Origin: Fistulifera solaris
Taxonomy: Eukaryota
Assembly: GCA_030295235.1 (NCBI GenBank)
Contig: AP026124.1
Span: 2,170,001 to 2,234,000 of the forward strand
DNA length: 64,000 nt
Direction of reading: 5' to 3'
Part shown: in pieces, positions 49,267-61,092 of the stretch
Numbering within the stretch: position 1 is the first letter of the stretch
Layout of the letters: each line of letters starts with the position of its first letter
The notes under the pieces: model-generated
The model's database searches: none
Told to the model about the DNA's origin: nothing
The model's input: the letters and a program-made list of their open reading frames with translations, nothing else
Translations under genes and position numbers: made by a program

Positions 49267-50067
49267 TCATTCGTGTTTGCTGTATTCGCTCCATACTTCG
49301 GTCTTTTTTGCAAATTCATGTTCCCAGCGATTCCAAACAAAACCAATAGCGTTCAATCTTTTCAATCGCTTTGACGACAGAAGTTTCTTGTTGTAAAGTT
49401 TGCGTTGGTTGCTTACCCAGTGAGCTAAAGGTTGATTTTCAATGTAAGTAATAGGCACACAGCAGTCGCCGTGATCGTTCCGATACGCTTGGAGTTCACG
49501 ATAGCGTTGTTCCCAAACGAATTCACGAAATGGCATCCTCCAGTCTGCATCCAGTTGATTTAATGCTTTCACTTGTTGTACAGAAAGCTCGGCGACTCGT
49601 TGTTTTTGCATCCATTTTCCTAGGTGACTGTTGCGCGGAATCGCTGTCGCCAAACTTGTACATAGAGAAGATGATGCTTTTTCTGATTTCAGTTGCATTT
49701 GTTCTTGCAGTTCACGATAACATGCCCACCAGTCGCTCTCGTCATTATCTACTGGATCCTCCAGAGCGTTCCAAGAAAATCCTAGTCGATCGAGTATTTC
49801 AATCCGTTCGGGTGTCAACGAACAGGGTTTTCGACCGGTGACGAAATTCCGATATTGCTGCCGCTGTTTGGTAACCCAAAGTCCGAGCCCCGGATCTTCT
49901 TTGTAGCGCTTAGGGACACGTACATGGCCGTGTTGCTTCTTGAATTCCAGTAGTTGACTCGCACGGGTCATCCATGGTCCTTTCGTGACGGTTGCCAAGG
50001 CTGCGACGCCATGCGGAAAGAACCAAAGGAGGATTGTAGCCAGGAAAGTGAGATGATTGTGCATCAT
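49267..50067 (-). CDS. Helicase-associated (HA) domain repeat protein with N-terminal signal peptide
   Basis: HA repeats W...L.EFKKQHGHVRVP...LGLWVTKQR...RIEILDRLGFSW and WEQRYREL..Y...HGDCCVP...LAHWVSNQR...LNAIGFVW. Confidence 0.88.
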   Translation of the reverse strand: MMHNHLTFLATILLWFFPHGVAALATVTKGPWMTRASQLLEFKKQHGHVRVPKRYKEDPGLGLWVTKQRQQYRNFVTGRKPCSLTPERIEILDRLGFSWNALEDPVDNDESDWWACYRELQEQMQLKSEKASSSLCTSLATAIPRNSHLGKWMQKQRVAELSVQQVKALNQLDADWRMPFREFVWEQRYRELQAYRNDHGDCCVPITYIENQPLAHWVSNQRKLYNKKLLSSKRLKRLNAIGFVWNRWEHEFAKKTEVWSEYSKHE

Positions 50068-50889
50068 AGTTATCTACCAATAAAACTGAATACTCATATT
50101 GAAGAGAGTTTTTTTTCTTTAAGCGCTATGTATTACGCTTGGATATTATATTTTATGAAAAACAACAATGAAATGCATTTACACTATCGGATGCACATCA
50201 TTTGTGTGCGCCAGAATTTTTTTCGGTGAGATTTTGTGGATAGAAACGGAGCTGAAATGTGGCAGAATGAAACGGCATCGAAAGTCTAAATCCAAAATAT
50301 AGTCCTGTACCGGTAAGTCCGTTAAATGGGAGTTGTCGGTAAGCAACGTTACCTGGTAGGGGGGACCCAAGAGGACTAGGGAGGCTCTCTTCTACAAAGC
50401 GAAGCGATTCTCCGTTTCTCAACATGATTATTGGTCAAGACGATGTTGCGGATCACAGAATTTCATCAAATCTAAAATTGTGTTCACTAGTAAGCATTAA
50501 TAATCGTAAAACCGAAAGCCGATTATCATAACTGCTTGAACCGATCTCGAGAGTTACGCCCCTAGCAATTTGTTTTTGCGGCCTTAATACTATCCGGTAA
50601 ATATTTTCGACCTTCCATCTAGCCAGGAATTCTCTAGCAGGCAAATACGCAGCCTCATCAACGACGTAGTTGTGACACGTTGGCCAAAATGAATAATGAA
50701 TACTTTCATATCGCCTTAGATCTTGAAAGCCTGCAACAGTAAAGATGTATCCTGTTCGAAGAGAAACACACGCAAGATCTTTTTCTAAGTAAATAACGAA
50801 TGTGACTCATGCCGAAAATCTAAGTAGAATCTAAATAGCGTTACAAGAAGTGTTAGATTCGACACCAGCTCGCGACATTATCAAAGTAC

Positions 50890-51477
50890 TTAGTAGAGGA
50901 AAGGAAGACCAGTGATGAGGGTGTCAAGACCATCGAATCCAGGGCTAACCAAGTTTTGGCTGTCGTGACGGAGCAATTCCAAAGTGGCAAGCATGGCAAG
51001 GCGTCCGTGCTGCAACTCCTGTGTCTGGCGCTTCTTCAACTCAGCGGGGGCAAGTTCCGGCTTTCCAACTTCGAAGTTACCCAAGAAGCCGTAGTAGTCA
51101 ACAGCACCGACAAGGAAGAAAATCTGGGCCCATCCAAGGGCAGGGATGGCCTCAAGGGCGGCAACACCGTTGGGCACATCAGCGAACTTGAGTCCAGGAG
51201 CGATCTCACCAGGGAAGCGGTAAAACTCAGGGACAACGTATCCGATCACAGCAAGCTGGGCAACACGTCCGTGCTTGAGCTCAGCGGTGCGATATTGGTC
51301 GAAAACCTCAGGACCGGCACCAGACGAAAGGCGGTAAGGATCCCAGTAACCGGTGGGGGCAATAACACCGGCCTCATCTTCGTAAGCCATCTTCAAGGCC
51401 GAAGAAGTGGCCTTGCTGGTCGAGGAAGTGAAAGCAGCGGCAGAGCCGGCAAGGAGGGCAGCGATAGCGAGCTTCAT
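50890..51477 (-). CDS. Lhcf15: Fucoxanthin-chlorophyll a/c light-harvesting protein, Lhcf15-like (intronless copy)
   Basis: SAAAF presequence motif; ELKHGRVAQLA and ELQHGRLAMLA; C-terminal ELLRHDSQN..PGFDG..ITGLPFLY resembles P. tricornutum Lhcf15 as recalled. Confidence 0.8.
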   Translation of the reverse strand: MKLAIAALLAGSAAAFTSSTSKATSSALKMAYEDEAGVIAPTGYWDPYRLSSGAGPEVFDQYRTAELKHGRVAQLAVIGYVVPEFYRFPGEIAPGLKFADVPNGVAALEAIPALGWAQIFFLVGAVDYYGFLGNFEVGKPELAPAELKKRQTQELQHGRLAMLATLELLRHDSQNLVSPGFDGLDTLITGLPFLY

Positions 51478-52237
51478 GGTTACTTGAATGGTCTGGAAAG
51501 CAAGTTTGAGATGATGGCACTCCGTTGAGGATGAATCGGCAGAGGACCGTCGTCGTCGACGGTCTTTTCTACGCGTTTGCGTATGTGTAATAGTTGAAGC
51601 TCGATCTTTTGCGCGATCTTTCCGTTCGCTTTTCTCGTCTTCCCGCCTTCGATATTGTGCGGAATACAGTACATCTTACGTCATTGAATGTAAAATACCC
51701 TGATGTATACAGTATACAGTTAATAAAAGTCGAACGGAATGGTTTAAGTCGATGTCGGACCGGTTACGCTACTCCTAGTTAGGTGTGTGACGTGCGAGTG
51801 CGACGCCCCGAAAGTATAGCTAACCTAGGTCTAGCTGGTATCTTGAGTTTTGAGCCTCGAGAGACTCCAAACTGGAAGTGATCGATGCTTGGAAATACAA
51901 TGCATATTCCAACACAACTAATAATCCTTTCTGGGTAATATCCCCCTTCGATGTCGAGCATCAACCGAAAGAGGTAGCAAGCCCTTCAACATACATCTTT
52001 GTTGCGCCTGAAGTCGTCCGTCTTCAAAATTCCAAACGAGCTACGGTATCCAAGAATAGTTTTCCGCAATATTCAGTAAAATTGCAGTATTGCCTGAAAT
52101 ACCAATTGCCAAACAGATTACGTGACGATATACTGTAGCGTCAATCCAAAATCTGATTCTGAGTTGGCAAAAATATCAGCTCAACCACATGTTGATTATC
52201 AAGGGGAGCTGAAGGCATTACATTACTAGCTCATTAC

Positions 52238-52899
52238 TTAGTAAAGGAAGGAAAGACCGGGATCAACTTGCCAAGACCATCGAACCCCGGGCTGACAAAG
52301 GTCCGGCTGTCATGGCGTAACAATTTAAAAACAGCAAGCATGGCGTTGCGGCCGTGCTGCAACTCCTGCAACTGACGCTGCTCCAAAACGATTATAAAGT
52401 AAGAGAATGAAAAGGATGAGTTTCCAGACCTGCAGGCGCAGTTGCACGAGAAAAGCGAGAAGTATCACGTACCTTTAGGTTCAAGGTTGGGCTGACCGGA
52501 AGGGAAGTTACCCAAGAAGCCATAGTAGTCCACAGCACCGATGAGAAAGAACATCTGAGCCCATCCAAGGGCAGGGATGGCGTCAAGGGCGGCAACACCG
52601 TTGGGTACATCAGCAAACTTGAGTCCAGGGGCAATCTCACCAGGGAAATGGAACACTTCGTGAACGATGTAACCAATGACGGCAAGTTGCGCAACACGGC
52701 CGTGCTTGAGTTCCGAAGTGCGTTACGCCTCAAAGGTCTCGGCGTCAATGTTCTTGGAAAGACCCAAAGGATCGAGGAAACCAGTCGGAGCGATGACACC
52801 GAGCTCGTTTTCTTACGACATCTTTAAGTCCGACGAGGAAGCCGACGGTGCGAACGCAGCGGAAGAGCTGGCGAGGAGGGTTGCGATAGCGAGTTTCAT
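52238..52899 (-). pseudogene. Lhcf15-like pseudogene
   Basis: In-frame TAA at 52813-52815 and 52723-52725 where the paralogs have Tyr. Intron donor at 52472 has no clear AG acceptor near 52393. Last exon is degenerate (GRNAMLAVFKLLRHDSRT). Confidence 0.8.
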
Positions 52900-53692
52900 G
52901 TTAACGTCTCGTTAGAAATGCGACTTCAACGACGTATGTCCTCGTTTCTGAGCCAAGTTTGAAGGAGGTATCCGTCCGCGTTTCGAGTGAAACAATTTGA
53001 AGGTCAAATCTTTCCTTGACTCTTGTGCTTCAAGCAATATTTTTCCAAAGCATTCATTCTACATCTTTGAGAAAGAAGCCTAATTTTAATTTGGAATGGA
53101 TCCATTGTGAAGCAAAGAGCAAGTGGTGTGTTTTAGGTTCCAACCCGTTATTCGCTTTCGATGCAACAAAAAAAAGTGAGCGAGGCGACAGAGGAAAAAC
53201 GATTTCGGGAAAGTACTTCGCCGCTTTGCGCTACGCCGCGCTTTCGGGCGCGCCAGCTTGAATCCTCTAGTCTTAGATCCAAATCCAAGTCTAAGTACAT
53301 TGCTGCAGTTAATATAGAAGATTTCCGTACTCTGAATTAAAATGTCCGAATCGTCGACGTCATGCTGCTATGCAGCGTATGCTCTCTTTGTTTGTTTGAA
53401 GAGAGAGGAAGATGATGATTTGTGCTGCTCGGTGAAGTTCATCAATGTCACTTGCTCCAAGCATATCTTATCACTTCCCGGACCGCTTTCGTTTTCAACT
53501 TCATATCTGCGAAAGCTAAATCTGCTTTATAAATTCAGCAACAGTAGTGACATGGACGATTGAACGCCTATTATCCTCCGCTTCACAAGTTTGATCGTAC
53601 GAATAGAAGTCTCCATCTGCACTAATCTATCACCGAATCATCATTTAGTCAAACGACAGAAGAATCGTGAGCAAACGAAAAACTATAGTTGT

Positions 53693-54356
53693 TTAATAAA
53701 GGAAGGGAAGACCAGTGATCAACTTGTCGTAGCCATCGAATCCAGGGCTGACGAAGTTCTGGCTATCGTGACGAAGCAATTCCAAGATGGCAAGCATGGC
53801 AAGGCGTCCGTGCTGCAACTCCTGCAATTGGCGCTTCTCCAAAACTGCGATGGAAGAGATCGGGGGTGAGCAATTAAGACATAGATACTTCAATTGACAA
53901 GGTAAAAATCAATGCGTACCTTCCGGTTCGAGGTCGGGTTGACCAGCGGGGAAGCTTCCCAAGATACCATAGTAGTCAACGGCACCGATAAGGAAGAAAA
54001 TTTGGGCCCAGCCAAGGGTGGGGACAGTGTCGATAGCGGCAACGCCGTTGGGGATATCCGCGAACTTGAGTCCAGGGGCGATCTCACCAGGGAACTTGTA
54101 GATCTCAGGGACGATGTATCCAATGACAGCTAGCTGAGCGACGCGACCGTGCTTAAGCTCGGCGGTACGGTACTGGGCGAAAGTCTCGGCATCGATGTTC
54201 TTAGAAAGTCCCAAAGGGTCGAAAAAAGCCAGTCGGGGAAATGGTTCCGAGCTCGTTTTCGTACGACATCTTCAAGGCCGACGAAGAGGCCTTGCTGGCC
54301 GAGGAAGTGAAAGCAGCGGCAGAGCCAGCGAGGAGGGCAGCGATAGCGAGCTTCAT
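53693..54356 (-). CDS. Lhcf15: Lhcf15-like light-harvesting protein, 2 exons (extra T in homopolymer near 54225)
   Basis: ATG at 54356 and intron 53919-53845. Same LHC motifs as the first copy; ends PGFDGYDKLITGLPFLY*. Confidence 0.8.
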
Positions 54357-54869
54357 GGTTGCTAAAGGTTATCAAGAAACAATCTATTGAATGATCGGTT
54401 GGAATGGACAAGGGGCGGACCTTCGTCTTCAACGCAGAAAGCAAACGCAAGCCGGAATAAACAGAAGTTGAAGTCATTATGGCCGCGATCTTAGTAGTCA
54501 ACGTCGCATAGTTACTTAACCATCTCTATGTGGGTCGCGCGTCGCGCAATGTGTGTCGGACGAAGGCAAGACAGAAAATTGCAACACAGGAACGACTAAC
54601 GATCGAGCTAAGGACGCAAAAGAGGCTATCGCCCTTAAAATGCAAACTTCGCCCCTTCTTACGCATAGATACATCGTTACGACGCGCACGTTGACAAAAG
54701 CCACATGTAGGTAGCGAAGTTTAAGGCAAGTTGTAGAAAAGTTTGCTCCAAGATTCGTCAACGCCCTCGCTATCTTGTTTATTCTGTGAGATAGGATAAT
54801 TTAGCAGACAAGAAGATATGGAAGAAATTGTAAAGAATAGCTTAGTCGAAAGGGGAAGGAAGACATCTC

Positions 54870-55276
54870 CTAGTATTGCACTTGCTTCATTTCCACCCAA
54901 ACACGACGAGCTGTCCATTCCAATGGTTCTTCTTCTTCCCATTGAAACAAGGCTTCATCGCCTCCAACGTCTACTTCATCTTCGTCGTCGTCATCGTCAT
55001 TTTCTTCGTCAAATGCTTCAAGTCTGGCTGCGCGGTTAGCTTCCTTGATATTCGCAAACACACCTTACAATTTGAGTATCTTGAGTCTCGTATCCTGCGT
55101 GTTCTCCCCACCGGTACTCCACAAGCGAGGACCAAATAAACAGCATTTAAGCGTTTGGGAGACTTTGCTTTCGGCTTCGTAGTAGCTTGGACGACTCGGA
55201 TCACTTTGACTTCGTTGTCAGTATCCTCCGCACAGAGACGCTTCTTGCTGTTCGTTGTCGTATCAACTTCAGACAT
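54870..55276 (-). CDS. Small acidic hypothetical protein (frameshifted or spliced)
   Basis: Overlapping minus-strand ORFs MSEVDTTT... and ...FANIKEANRAA..DDDDDEDE..RRVWVE look like parts of one protein. Confidence 0.4.
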
Positions 55277-55546
55277 TATCAAACGTTGACACGGGGAAAG
55301 TAAAATGGGATAGGAAGCAACACTCTTTAAGAGTATTAGTCAAGTGCAATAATACTTGTACCGGTAACGACTGTCATTGGTCTTTCGCATTTTCATGTTA
55401 AAGAAAATCCGGAAGGGCGAAAGCGCGACAACTCGCGCGCTGTCGCTGTTTATACGCTTTATACGTGAACTGTCGTGACCAAAATTAGAGTTTAGTCTTT
55501 ATGCAGCAATTACATCGTGGTAAATAAAAATTGTAATTTGAGCACA

Positions 55547-56501
55547 TCACAAACCGGAAAGATCTCGGAATAATTGCTTGCCGTCCTTCGAAGAGAGAAT
55601 AGACTCATAATCCATCAACTTCCACACGAATTTTACCGGTTGCGAAGATGGATCTACGCTAACCAACTTTAGCGAAGGAAAAATTGTTAGGAGATAACAT
55701 TTGGTGCTCAATGAAATATCACACAATCTGCAGGCGACTTACGGAGAGCCGCCCCAAGCAAACATAGGGACTAAAAGTCTTCTGATCGGATGTATACTTT
55801 CGACACCAGAGAACGATTCCTTCTGACGACGATTTCTCTAAATTGGTTTTCGAGCCGATGTCTTTCAACTTCTGAAGAACCGGGGTGTTTTCATGCATCC
55901 GGCTGCCACCGAACCAGCTCACTTCCCGACCTTCGTCAAAGAATTCATTGACAACATCGCTGTTCGGAGCACCTAGATTGACCCAAAGAAACAAGACATT
56001 GTTGCCCCATTCTTGCACGCCTGAATATTTATTAAACGACACTCGACAAGCATCATCAGCGACCGCCAATCGAGCCGATTCTTCCATGACAAATGCTTTG
56101 CCGGTTTGAGCCATTTTCTTTCCCAGTAAACCGGGTGAAACACTATTTCCGTGAATGAGTTTTGAAATATTCAACGTCATTGCTCGGGCAGAGTGTGCGG
56201 GAAAAGCCTCCGGTGCTTTCGTAAGAACGACGCTTTTGGGCGACGAGCGTTTTACTTTTGCCCTGCGCGGAACGATTTCCGGCACATTCAACAAATCCGA
56301 TGATGGAGAGGGCCGTTTCCGAGAAGAACGACGAAGTGGTACGTATTCAGCATCGAAAGATTCTGTTTTGGTTGACTTCGACACAGCGGTGTTTTGAGGA
56401 GAAAGTCGAGTTGGTTTGTCCAAACCCAATTCCCTCAGGCGCGCCTGATTCCGAGCTATCTTCTCTCTTCTTAGTCTTAGATAGGGGTTTTCTGGCTCCA
56501 T
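55547..56501 (-). CDS. Putative nuclear protein with C-terminal SRA/DUF3427-like domain, 2 exons
   Basis: NPYLRLRREKIARNQARLRELGL and RRSSR. Intron 55742-55667 completes GVQEW..LFLWVN..NEF..VSWFGG..VLWCR..YVCLGRL|..QPVKFVWKL. Confidence 0.65.
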
Positions 56502-56907
56502 TTTTGAGACCAGCTTTGAAAACAACAACTCTTTTTCACCTTCAGTGCATGCGATCTCTTTCAAAGCTTTCCAGGTTACATTAAAACATCATCATACTTT
56601 GTACGAAGAGAAATGATAAGCACCGCAAGCACCCAAAAAAATGTTTTCGCGAAAACTGCCTCCGCACCCGCCCGTCAGCCCATCGTCCCTTTTTATCTGA
56701 CGTCATTTCCCTACTCTCACGAGTAGTGCTACGACATCAGTTTCCGATCGAATCCGATGTTCTGCGAACAGCAAACGAGTCACGCATTCGTAGTGTGCGC
56801 ACGTCAAAAAAAGTAGCTACGAAAGGTAGATTCACGAAAACAGAATTCCTTCATTGACACGCAACATTCATTCCGTCTCGTCATCAACTGTTTTATTGCA
56901 CAACAAC

Positions 56908-57452
<545 letters not shown>

Positions 57453-58095
57453 AATAACTCATTGGAAACTGGTGGATTGAATTGGGATTAGTGCTGGGGG
57501 GCTTCACGATGACAAAGTGCTTCACTCAATGTGTACATCGATAACGAAAATCAAAAGGGTAATATTCTTTCTTAAAGAGTGAAAGAGGGTCTCTTTAGTT
57601 AGTCTGCATTGCTAGAACGAATTAGGACATATTGTTCTGCCTAGTATCGCACCCATTCACCAATCGACGATTATAGGCAAGAGCAATCCGCCTGCACTTA
57701 GCTTCGACCTCAAGGAATGCATACTTGTACAAACTCAAAGGAACTGATGGAAATCGCACTATCACTCAGTTGTTCTTCTTAAAACCTAAAACTGCGTAGG
57801 CTGGAGCATGCAACACGCATGTATCGCATTGCCTTTCTCTAGGGAAACTCACATTAGGTCTCCGTTTTGGATGAACCTATCACGTTTGAGAATTCATATA
57901 ACCGACAAAGATCAAACATTCCGAGAGAACAGGTAAACGAAGGACGTCTATGTCCTATCTTCCGACCTGAAGTTGTAACCTAAAACAACTGAAGCTGTAA
58001 ACTACGATGCTCGGAGATAACTTTTTTATTTGGTATATATAAGACTAGTGTACCGCTGAAGTTGCTCCGCCGCACTCCGCACTTAGACAGTTAGT

Positions 58096-59379
58096 TTACT
58101 TCAGATTCGCCTCGACGGTAACTTGCGCCAGTAAACCAAAATGGTCACTAGGAGCAACGGGAACGGAATGTACGGAGTTGTTGTACGGATTCGTCTTATC
58201 GCAAGAAAGGCCCGGTAGTGCTTCTTTCCCCAAGATCTCGGTGCGTTGTACTAGGGACGCATTGTCGGGATACAATAGTATGCGGTCCAATCGCCGTCGA
58301 AAATTACCTCCTATCATAGGATTTAATTTGGCGTCGTAAGTATAACCAACCGCGTTCTTGTTGTCGCCGTGCAAATACTCCCAAGCATCCTTCCAGGGCT
58401 TTTTCAAGTGTTTTGACAACACGGGATCAGCGCTGCGTGCTCGCTCATCATCCCAATTCAAATCACCCGTAATCACTGCACTTTGTACGTTGGGATATTT
58501 GGATAGGGTCTGTACGCAAAAAGCTTCCATTTCAAGAATTTGACTTTGTCGTTCCGTCGATCCGGGACGGTCTTCCCCCAAGGGTGATTCCAAATGGGTC
58601 GTAGTAAACAAGAATTCTTGCGCCGTCGACAATCGAACTCGCGCGAACAAAATACCACGGTTCATGATCGAATGTCGGAAGGGTCGAAATCCCCAGTCCA
58701 GAATGGTAGCCACGTCATTTCGAATCGCCATGGCACATCCGTAAGGAACCAATTGAATGGGCTGACGCACGATGGAGTATCCTTGGAGTTCTAAAGCGGG
58801 AAACAACACAGAAGCCAGCGGTGGTATGACCTCTTGAAATCCTACCATGACGAGTGGGCTGTCGACTTTGTGGCATTGCGATAAGATTTGTGCAATGGCT
58901 TTCATGCGTTCGGTGGGATGAAGCATTTGGAACCATAGATTGTAGGTGACGATCTGAAAGCTAGCCGGGGACGCGGGATCTATCGACGAGAGCGCTGCCG
59001 CAGGACGTTTTCGTGAGCTGGAAGACGTCTTCAAAGAAGATTGTGTGCTCTGCGCTGGTGGCACAGTAGCACAATCCAAGAGATTGACTCTATCATCATC
59101 GTCACCAACGCTTTCATTGCTAGCGGCTCGTGTTTGGGGACTTTCATCTTTAACATCATCGTCGTCATCGGTATCACAAAGGTCATAAATAGGATGACGC
59201 GCAGTGGATCGACTGGAAGGAGCAGCAGCAGCAGCGGACGTTTCGGTAGAAGATCCTACTTGTCCAAGAGCCTCGAGTCTGCGCTGACGCATTTCTTCTC
59301 GTGAAACTTGAGCAGTTGTTGTACCACCAAGCGCTGCACCTGTGCTATCAATACTATCCATTCTATTTTGCTCTTGCAT
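58096..59379 (-). CDS. TDP2: EEP-family phosphodiesterase, TDP2-like
   Basis: IVTYNLWF, GFQEV, TTHLES, TGDLNW, DAW, YTYDAKLN, RLDR, SDHFGL. Confidence 0.8.
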   Translation of the reverse strand: MQEQNRMDSIDSTGAALGGTTTAQVSREEMRQRRLEALGQVGSSTETSAAAAAPSSRSTARHPIYDLCDTDDDDDVKDESPQTRAASNESVGDDDDRVNLLDCATVPPAQSTQSSLKTSSSSRKRPAAALSSIDPASPASFQIVTYNLWFQMLHPTERMKAIAQILSQCHKVDSPLVMVGFQEVIPPLASVLFPALELQGYSIVRQPIQLVPYGCAMAIRNDVATILDWGFRPFRHSIMNRGILFARVRLSTAQEFLFTTTHLESPLGEDRPGSTERQSQILEMEAFCVQTLSKYPNVQSAVITGDLNWDDERARSADPVLSKHLKKPWKDAWEYLHGDNKNAVGYTYDAKLNPMIGGNFRRRLDRILLYPDNASLVQRTEILGKEALPGLSCDKTNPYNNSVHSVPVAPSDHFGLLAQVTVEANLK

Positions 59380-59973
59380 ATCTCTTGAGGAAGTAGTAGT
59401 AGTTGTTCGTAAAGAAATCGGTCATACAGTAAATGTCATAACGGAAGGAATTCTCAACTTGGCGAATGACAAGTGTCTCTCTATGCGCATCGACGGAAGT
59501 TGAATCGCCAATCAACACACAAGTCATTTCTTGAAGTCTCAAACCTTTTGAGTCGATCTACTGAGAAAACGGTGTCAGGACGTACGAGGTACAGCAACAA
59601 ATGAAGATGAAGGAATTAGCATCATGCGATGTGGAAAGATCGCAATGCGATGTCGCTGCGTTCTCCGCCGCAGACTGTTCAACAGACAACTGACGTCGCA
59701 CAACCAGCCAACGGAAATGGGGACTGTCTTGCCACAACGCAAACGAATGAAACACGAATGAATGGACGAATGGTATTTAGTACCGGACTCAAGGGCGCGT
59801 AACTGACTATGATGTTGACTACCGGTACCCGGTACCGTAATAACGGGAGGACTAACGTGAAAGGTTCATCCAAAACGGAGACCTAATGTGAGTTTCCCCT
59901 TTTTTAAACATCTTTTGCACCCGACTTCATTTAGTTCATCGATTGCGACAGTCCAGATATCGAGAATCGAAGA

Positions 59974-61023
59974 ATGTTGTATATACGGTGCGGATGCGCT
60001 TGGGGTTTGGCGTGGCTTTTGAGCTCTGTGGTGCAGAAAAATGACGCTTTCTCTCGGAAACGTGTTGAAGCCACAAACAAACACTCGTTTAACGCTTTAC
60101 TCTGACTCTTCAGAGAACGATAGGCACGAGTCTTCCTACCTAAGCAACAATCGACGACTTTTGATTCATGACATAGGTGCATCATTGCTCTCTACGGCTT
60201 GTCTGGCATCGACATCGACAGTAGCCAATGCAGTCGAAGCCACTACTTCGACACAATACATCGATGCATCGCAAGCAAAAGTGACGAACAAAGTTTATTT
60301 CGACGTCAGAGTATCACGACAGGATGGTAGCTTTTATGTACGTGATGATTTGCCCAATACGCCAGAAAATCAAGTGTTCTATGGAAAGATTGTGGTTGGT
60401 CTCTTTGCCCAGAATGCACCCACGCACGTGGAAAAGTTCCTCTCTTACATCCCTTCGCTTTCCGACTATCTTTCGGAAGAAAATCCATTACCAAGTTACG
60501 GACGGTCTCAATTTCCTCGGATCGATCAAAGCACGGGATTGCTATGGGGCGGCAAGATACCCAGTCTTCAAGTGGCCGAGTATGGTGGTAGTTCAGCACT
60601 TCAGTATTATGGACGCATTTTGCCAGCGTCGCTGTGGCTGGAACGCGACCGCGATCTGCAGCGGATTTCACACAATCAGAAAGGACTATTGACTCATGCA
60701 AACTTGGACCTCACCCCGGAATTCGCGATCACCACGCGACGCGACGGCACGGAGCTAGACGGTCGGTACACGGTGTTTGGCAAGATTTTAGAGGATGAAT
60801 CCTCCGATCAGTTTTTATCACTGATACAAGATCTGCCGACGTACGAAATCAATCGCCCGACTTCGACGGATGGAGTTGTGGAAGATGCGGCTTCCGTCAT
60901 CTATAATGCACAACGACAGTTCTTTCGCAACACAGCAAAAGTTTTGGAGACTCGCGTCTGGACAAGACTTACGAGGGCAAATTTTTACGACGGGTCGAAG
61001 TCACGCAAGTTGGCGTACTGTAA
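59974..61023 (+). CDS. Plastid (probably lumenal) cyclophilin-like protein; apparent frameshifts near 60050 and 60940
   Basis: Signal peptide from 59974 ending NDAF, then RR...ANA. Cyclophilin-fold motifs VTNKVYFDV, GKIVVGLF..APTHVEKF, SH..KGLL, EFAIT, LDGRYTVFGKI. Confidence 0.8.
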
Positions 61024-61092
61024 GCACAACTAGAGTACACGATAGCTATCTTCTAATGCGCTACTGCATTTACAAAACATAGCATTGTCTAC

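Noticed and set aside
50349..50450. TTACCTGGTAGGGGG resembling the 5' end of U1 snRNA
   Set aside because: It lacks the ATAC start, and I see no U1-70K loop (GATCA), U1A loop (ATTGCAC) or Sm site downstream.
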